Source: Balanoglossus misakiensis (taxonomy: Eukaryota > Animalia > Hemichordata). From it: 64,000 nucleotides of DNA. Below are positions 43,557 to 64,000 of this stretch, piece after piece. Location of the stretch: contig CM082594.2 in NCBI GenBank assembly GCA_040954595.2, forward strand, positions 8,315,573-8,379,572, read 5' to 3'. The stretch's first letter is position 1, and every line of letters starts with the position of its first letter. The translations under genes and the position numbers were made by a program. The notes beneath the pieces are model-generated. The model ran no database searches. It saw nothing but the letters and a program-made list of their open reading frames with translations, and was not told the DNA's origin.

Positions 43557-46500
43557 TGCATATTTGCTGCTCGTGTGCTTCACGACTGGAGTCCTAGCTG
43601 AGTATACGGAGTGCTGTGTGTGTGGTTCAGTTTGGTTCGCGTTCATTGTTTTATGACCTGTGAATCCCTTTTTTACCTGCAACTTAATTTTGTTAGTATA
43701 GCGAATAGCCATTAAATACTTTTTATAAAGGAAAACCACTGACTTCGCCCTTTCTGTCATAACAATACTTCGCTATTTAGATGGTGCACAATTCAGATCA
43801 GTACTGTCTAAATCTGTGTTATAGTTCGGCCTTGCATGTTGGCAATGCTCTCAAAGATATACGTGAATGTACGAGACTTTCACTGTCACTTGTACAGGTT
43901 GGCAAGCGAATCAAAGCTTAGAAACCTGTTTCTTCGTCTCAGTCTTGTATTTAAAGTGACAATTGACCGTACCATACTCGAAAGACGTACACGCAGTGGC
44001 TTTGTCGTCTTTTACCTTGCCGATCAACGTCAGTTTGCATTAGCGTAATGGTGTGCCCTTTGTCGAAGTTCTTAATATCTCGATATGCAATCTGTTAAAG
44101 GCTGGCTATTCTTAGAATCATACTTCCATCACAAGCAAGTCGCCATGTGATAATATTGCAGCCTTACAGTGCATGTGACACTTTTCAATCTTCTTTATTA
44201 TTACTAGCGACATCTAACGATAATAACATTCAAGATTTGTCAGATGCTGTGACAAGCAATTGACATTTCAAAGCTCTGGACCTACTAAAAGGTAATCCCA
44301 GTAATTGAAATGGGTGAAAATTCTAACTGTCGGTAAAATGACAGTCGAGTGCAGTTTTGCCCTAGAAGGTGTTTGAGTTAGAATAAAAATCAGATCACAT
44401 ATTCAGACAAATCAAAGGTTCAAAATACAATGCCTTTCTTGTGTGTTAATGTATACAACTCATTTTGCCCATATTAATTCATGTGTAGAGCCTAGCTTGG
44501 AAATGAGAAATCTCTCTAGTTATTTAGCAATAAATTTTGTGTGCAACATTATCGTCAGTGCGAAATTTCAAAATGGCCACCAATCTCTGTGTTAACGCTA
44601 TGGGGAAAAAAATTAAAGTGGAGATTTTTATGAAAACAAGATGGAGAACACCCATTTTTCTTCTTGTTTTCAAAAAGACGCAGACGCTTTTTAATATACT
44701 TAAGAATTGAAAGGTTTTGAGGCCTATCTTTTTTTCTGAAAATTTGTCTCCCAGACGCATATTGCCTTTAACCTAAACGAGATGGAAACGCTAATTTCTG
44801 GATCGTTGTCCTTTTCGTCTTACCCCATATAACATTTATCGGCACAGATAAAAGACCAGCCCATTATTCTAAGAACCTCCTCTAGAAATCTAGAAACATG
44901 CAGTATCACTAGTTAATGAGCTGGCTCTGCTTTGTAAACACGATCTGTAAAGTAGTCGATTGTAACTGAAGTATTAGCTCAATCTGTAGAAAGGACTCTA
45001 GATTTTCTCCGAAGGTATTAGAACCTTACTTCTGTATCTGGAATGTAATGAGCGGAATGATGCGATGGCTGCTCTGTACGCATCCGTAAATATATCGCCT
45101 GAGTAATGATAGCACTGTTGTCTGTGAGATTATCTGAAGTAATTCGATGAAAGACAAATATACACCGAATTAGCAAACAAAAATACAAGATACAAGATCG
45201 TACGGATCACTGAATTACAAGGGGATTAGGGAAGTGCACAGGCTTGTGTGTTTGTCCACTGTTAAACACCACTGATGTATAGACTCATGACCTTTGACGA
45301 ACTGGCAATCTGTAACACCTGCAAAGATTTCTTGGGGATGACATGCACCCACACTTCCTCTAATAAATTCCCTGATGAATAGTTGCTCTGGCAATCTGCA
45401 AAAGAGCTCCTACGATTTTACGGTTCCGTGTATGCTCCATTTTTATTGCAAAACAATTTTCCACCCTGTGCTTCAATCAAGGGATAGTGAGATTGGCATG
45501 CATAAAATCTGAACCTACAAAAATACTGATCTATTCTTAGATTTTCCAGTAGGCGTTTGATTGTCTTTTCTTAAACGGCTTGAAAGGTTGCCTCTGGGGG
45601 AGTCTTATCACAGACTTTAAAAATCGCCAGGTTTTCAAAATTTACCATTGGCTGTATAGATGGTGAAACATGCCCTGGTCAGTATCCATCATACAAAACT
45701 ACACAATTTACAGAAACTGACAAAACTATTTAGTGTATTGTGAAATTTGATGGGCTGTAGTGAGAGCTAGTTAACTTCTGAAATGATTTCTAATGGATGG
45801 AAAATGAGATGGAAGGCTGAGAAGGAAAAGGGGAGAGTGATTTGACATCACAGAAAGCATCTTGGGATTTGAACATCAGAGCTAATAACGCATGTGATGG
45901 CCACAAGGGGCTTCTGCCAACATTCGTACACAGCAGTGCAGTTCTCAAATCTACAGACTCTAGTGCAATACCGGTAACATTGACTAATCTGACAGCAGAA
46001 ATGTACGATAACAAACACCAAATGTGGATTTCGGCGACTGAGAAAGATAGTGTACGGGAGCTTAAAGCATAGCATGAAATGATCACAACTGTCTACAAAA
46101 TACCTGTGTGAAATGTTTCACAATTTTATTTTCACATAGACGTGTTGTAGTTATTCTGAGACCTACTTCCTATTGATTGAACAAGTCTTGTTTTATTAAT
46201 GGTGCGAGTACTTTGCATCGTGTATTATTTGGATCTACAGTACAACAATATTTCGAGAGCAGCTGCACCAAATTTGTTAAAGCTGGATAGACTCATTGAT
46301 CAAACCAGGGATGTCAGTGTACTGTAACCGAGTTGCCTGTGTCTTGCATATTAATTAAAAATTTGCATATCGAACATATTTCTACAATTGGGAAATAAAT
46401 TCACACCTTCTGAGATAAAGTGGTCAGGTGATGATATGGTATTAAATGAGGAATGTTCAAGCTCACATGGTAATTTGCATATTTAAGACGGTAATTCCTA

Positions 46501-48733
46501 TTACACACTAAATTTACTTTAAAATTTAACCAAAGACAGCAGGGAAGCCCCAATATACCTACATTTTCAAGAAAAACCTCAGTAGCTTAACTCAAGTGTG
46601 GAGTAGATTTTAATACTCTCGAAATCAATATTTTTTGCTTAAGTTTCCCTTGTTTTATGTTACATGTACAAAATCTCATTTTGCTTTTAAAAATCCAATA
46701 CGAACAAGAGCTTACATTGAATCGACCCTACTGTTTCTTGTTTTGTGTTTCATACTCTTGTTTTTACATTACCTGCTCCACGTCATTGACAATGAACTAA
46801 CGATCAACGTTCAAAAAATCGATTAAAATCACATGGGCCAAATTTAATTGGAGCCTGTTCCTGCTGTGAAAACTTTGTCTTAAAAACAGCTGTTTTGTAA
46901 TGCAGTATGTACAGATTCACATGTTATTCTAGAATATCACTGATGGGTCAGGTTATATGTGAAGTGATACTCAGGCTTGTGACATATTTAATACAGTGTG
47001 GATTTTTTGGGTCACCTTTTCTACCAAGAGGGGTTTCCTGCAATCACTGCACATATGAAACAAACAAGCTTATCAAAAAGTAAAAAGTTTGACAAAATCA
47101 GCTACATGTTAAGCATGATTACATTAAATATCATCTCACACTACAGAATAAGTGATCGCAATGGTTCAGAAAATCTTCCACATCACGTCATGAATATTAA
47201 GCATCTAATTTGCATTTTTATGTTTCCTTTTTGGGTCATTAAGAATCATAACACACAATTGATGTGACTCTGTGGGAAACTACAATATAAATCATATTTT
47301 CATACACCATTGCTCATGATCTTCTGTGACTACTTTCTATGCACAGAATCTGTTCAAAGCACTGTAAAAATACAGGCTCAAAGAGACTCATTAAAGTCAC
47401 TGAAGTGTTGCTACAGATGCCATTTATGACTGCACAGTCCATGCACATGTACTTTGTAGGATGGCATGAAGTATATAAGTGATCAATGTTTAATTGTAGC
47501 CCAAATCAGCACATTTCATGAATATTTGCTCACCAGGTGAAAATGAATTGTGATTTTATTCAATACTGCCATGTTGGATATAATGTTGCCATTTTTGAAT
47601 TTTCACATGTGTCCTCAAAGTGTAGGTGAGTTATGCTCATCAAAACTTTTCCCTTATCCTTTGGAGGAAAACATAAGCAATCATAAAAACCATAAATTCC
47701 TTCCATGGAATGTGCAGCTGTATTCCATGATGTACATGGACCTAATCTTCTTGTGAAAAGACTGTTATCCGAGTGGTACAGACTGAGCGCGAAATATTCC
47801 CTGCCACAGAATTCATCTCATAAAAGCCAAGGTCATTCCTTTTCTATTCGCCTATTTTATTGATCTAGAAAATTCAGCTGCACCCACTTTCAATTTCATT
47901 TCTAAAATTTCATCTCGGTTTTTATCCTTCAAAATCGTTGTTCCCTGGGGCCCTTTTTACTACCATATTCTTTACACAATAACCCGCTATTTCACATTTT
48001 CTGAATACCCATGAGGTTTTGTTTTCATGGATTCTGGTTAAAAACACCTGGATTCCCTGAAGAATTTAATATTTGTACCCATTTCATCTAAGCTTTATGG
48101 CTTTGACAACAACAGACTTTATCTCTATATGCCTATAACTTCGTGGAAAGATAACCTTTCAGTGACAGCTATATGACAAAGAAATGTATGCCAAGACATG
48201 CTCATAATACTTTTCCTTGAAACAGTGCTTTATTCAAAATAGTCCACATAACAGTCTCATGAATATGTAATAGCAGTGAAAACATTGCAGTAAAGACCAG
48301 TCGTTGGTACTTCCCGCACAGTAAATATACAGAAATCAAATCTCAAACAGCATAGCAGGGCCAGTATAATCACTACAGTGTTGTGTTACCATTCTCCCTA
48401 TTATAGACAGAATTAATGTGATCCAACTCTCTTATAGTAGTTATAGACTCGTTTATTGGAAAATGGAGCATCTCCATTACGAAAAGGAGGCCAGGTAAAA
48501 TAGAAACATCTAAACACATCAACTATTCAAAACACAAAATCACAATGTCTCAGGATAAAACCATCACATAAATGTCTGTTCTGGGAGAAACTGCATTACC
48601 AGTCAAGCTTTTTTTTACCTTCATAAGCATTCCCTTCCTGGCAAAAATAAATTACTTGCCTTGGGGCAAAGTGATTCAATCTAAAGGTTGTCTTGCTTGC
48701 AGTCAGAAATTTCATTAATCACACTATTTATCG

Positions 48734-48832
48734 GGTGCATTACAATATTGGTTGTAGACATCATGGAAGCTCCTGGTTTGTGCATTACAATACATGTATT
48801 GATGTAGACAATCACAGAAGCTGGTTTTTGAC
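48734..48832. repeat. Degenerate ~46 bp tandem duplication in the LARS2 3' UTR region
   Basis: GTGCATTACAATA..TTG(G/A)TGTAGACA..GAAGCT..GGTTT occurs twice. Confidence 0.7.
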
Positions 48833-48863
48833 AAGCTTTACATTAAATTACAAACGCCTTGCA

Positions 48864-62104
<13,241 letters not shown>

Positions 62105-62222
62105 AATTGCAGATAAGTTCCTGGCTCACCTACAAATTTTAATTAATTTTTGTTCAATTAATGGACTTTCAGAAGCAACAGCAACAACAGTGACCATGAT
62201 GATGACCGTTACGAAAATGAAG

Positions 62223-62306
<84 letters not shown>
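62223..62306. repeat. (ATC)28 microsatellite
   Basis: Perfect run in the LARS2 5' intron. Confidence 0.98.
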
Positions 62307-62308
<2 letters not shown>

Positions 62309-62338
62309 GTTGTTGCTGGTGGTGGTAGTGGTGGTGGA

Positions 62339-62404
<66 letters not shown>
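62339..62404. repeat. (GAT)22 microsatellite
   Basis: Perfect run; the reverse complement of the adjacent ATC tract. Confidence 0.98.
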
Positions 62405-62407
<3 letters not shown>

Positions 62408-62659
62408 TGAGTACTCCTATATCAAGTACATCACATGTAGTAACATGCCGGTTAAGATATTTGACCCCGCCCCCTATCCCCCCCCCCCCCCCGATCAACG
62501 TACGTACGTTGAATGTAAAGAAATAGTCGTTGTTTTCACATTTAAATTACTTGATCACTTCGTAGAAAACAATCTGTTACTTTACCAACTTTGAAAGATT
62601 CGAACTATAGCGACGATCGCTTCCTGACACCGATCATCATGTCACGATCACGCTGAAAA

Positions 62660-62919
62660 CAATGTAGGCCGCCATATTTGACTGTTTATGTTTGAAACAC
62701 AATAACTTAGGGGGCCTTACTGATTGACGAAGTTGGTTTTAGACGAAGGTTAGTTTCAAAACTTTTAAATTTATCTGCTTTTTAAAAAGGGATAAACTTG
62801 AGCTATAAACACTCGTTTCATTCTTCTGTTAGTATAGTTGGAGCAAATTATTCACGTAGAAAACGTATTACCCATCATGCCTTTCGATCACCCTTTCAGC
62901 GACGGCCATTTTGAGAGAG
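62660..62919. promoter_or_regulatory. Bidirectional promoter between LARS2 and RPL13, with the RPL13 TCT/5'TOP start and short non-coding exon 1
   Basis: YY1-like GCCGCCATATT (~62668), ZNF143-like TACCCATCATGCCTTTCG (62869-62886), CCCTTTCAGC (~62891), GGCCATTTTG, and splice donor GAG/GTAATC at 62920. Confidence 0.7.
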
Positions 62920-63617
62920 GTAATCAGTCGTTACAATATTTAACGAAATCGGTGAAATTTAAGTCCATCCTTGAGATATTTACTGTCTCGACAACAGAAT
63001 AAACAAGAATTGTACATTGTCTTTCCAATTGGTCGTATTATTGTTTATATTTTACCCAGGAAGTTAAGAATATTTGCGAAGATACACGTACTATTACGAT
63101 GGCTGATATGAACATCGTATTCCATCTGAATACACTAGCCTGAACACCGCGTAATAGCACGTGTTGTTCTGTCTGTCATGCATTCGCGGATTCAAATTCA
63201 TTATAAGAAATGCTAAGTATGGATATCGTAAAATGCTAGAATCCGTTTTGATTTGTCCATGTATCGATCAACATGTTATAAATAGCACTTCAAAACATGC
63301 GACAGACTGCCGATTGCTATTTGCCTTACCATGCGCTAGGATAGGATAGGACAGAATTCAATAACATCATTTGTGATGTGAAACATGCCATAAGATGTGG
63401 ACGTAACCTCTCTTGTCTAGCTGCTTTAAGGAAAGGAAATTGGTTACTAAGTCCACATACAAGGAGAGAAAGTTATTTCTGATGGCCATAAACATTACTG
63501 GTGTTGGCTGCATACAGGAATGCTAGTCCCCTCTCCTATACATACACCTTGACACAGTATCAGTGATTTTTCTGCTACATATGTAAACAAGATTTTATTG
63601 TTGTGTTTTTCAGCATC

Positions 63618-64000
63618 ATGGCCAAGTTCCGTAACAACGTCATCCCCAATGCCCATTTCCATAAGGACTGGCAAAGGAGGGTGAAAACATGGTTCAACCA
63701 ACCGATGAGAAAGGTTCGCCGTAGGAATAACCGTATTAAGAAAGCACGAAAGATTGCACCTCGACCAGTCGGCGGTCCACTTCGCCCCATCGTTAGGTGT
63801 CAAACTTTTAAATACCACACGAAAACCAGAACTGGACGTGGCTTCTCATTGGAGGAATTGAAGGTTAGTAACGTTTGTATGTATGTTCAGCTGAAACAAC
63901 CACGAAATCCTTCACATATGTACTCAATTTTTTGCCAAAAGCATGTTTTAAAGTGTAATTTCTCATTGGGTTAAATTTCCAGGCTGCAGGGATCTACAAG
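63618..64000 (+). CDS. RPL13: 60S ribosomal protein L13 (eL13), 3'-truncated
   Basis: Exon 63618-63863 [39 protein letters not shown], then exon 63983->64000 AAGIYK. Confidence 0.98.

Noticed and set aside
44290-44771. Possible TTAA-flanked non-autonomous DNA transposon remnant
   Set aside because: One plausible terminus (GCCTTTAA at ~44771), but no matching TIR or TSD could be defined by eye.

Overview
Intron-rich, AT-rich animal genomic DNA, probably an invertebrate; the taxon cannot be fixed from the sequence. Nine protein-coding genes can be assembled by hand from splice sites: COG4 (3' part, +), an ANKRD60-like UBL-ankyrin gene with a long Trp-repeat coiled-coil tail (+), TCF25 (-), RBFA (+), a C18orf21/RMP24-like gene (-), EIF4B (+), an uncharacterised membrane-anchored flavoprotein-monooxygenase-like gene with degenerate FAD motifs (+), LARS2 (-) and RPL13 (5' part, +). 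Six translation or ribosome-related genes form three compact head-to-head pairs. Two of these pairs share a ZNF143/Staf-like site followed by a pyrimidine start and a YY1-like motif. The most notable unexplained non-coding structures are a thrice-repeated hairpin/CArG module in the EIF4B 3' region, a ~230 nt multi-hairpin GC-rich island in the last LARS2 intron, a structured segment in RPL13 intron 1 and a self-complementary (ATC)28/(GAT)22 microsatellite pair. No CRISPR array, tRNA, rRNA or intact transposase was recognised. Exon boundaries and gene names are manual calls from remembered homologues, not database results.
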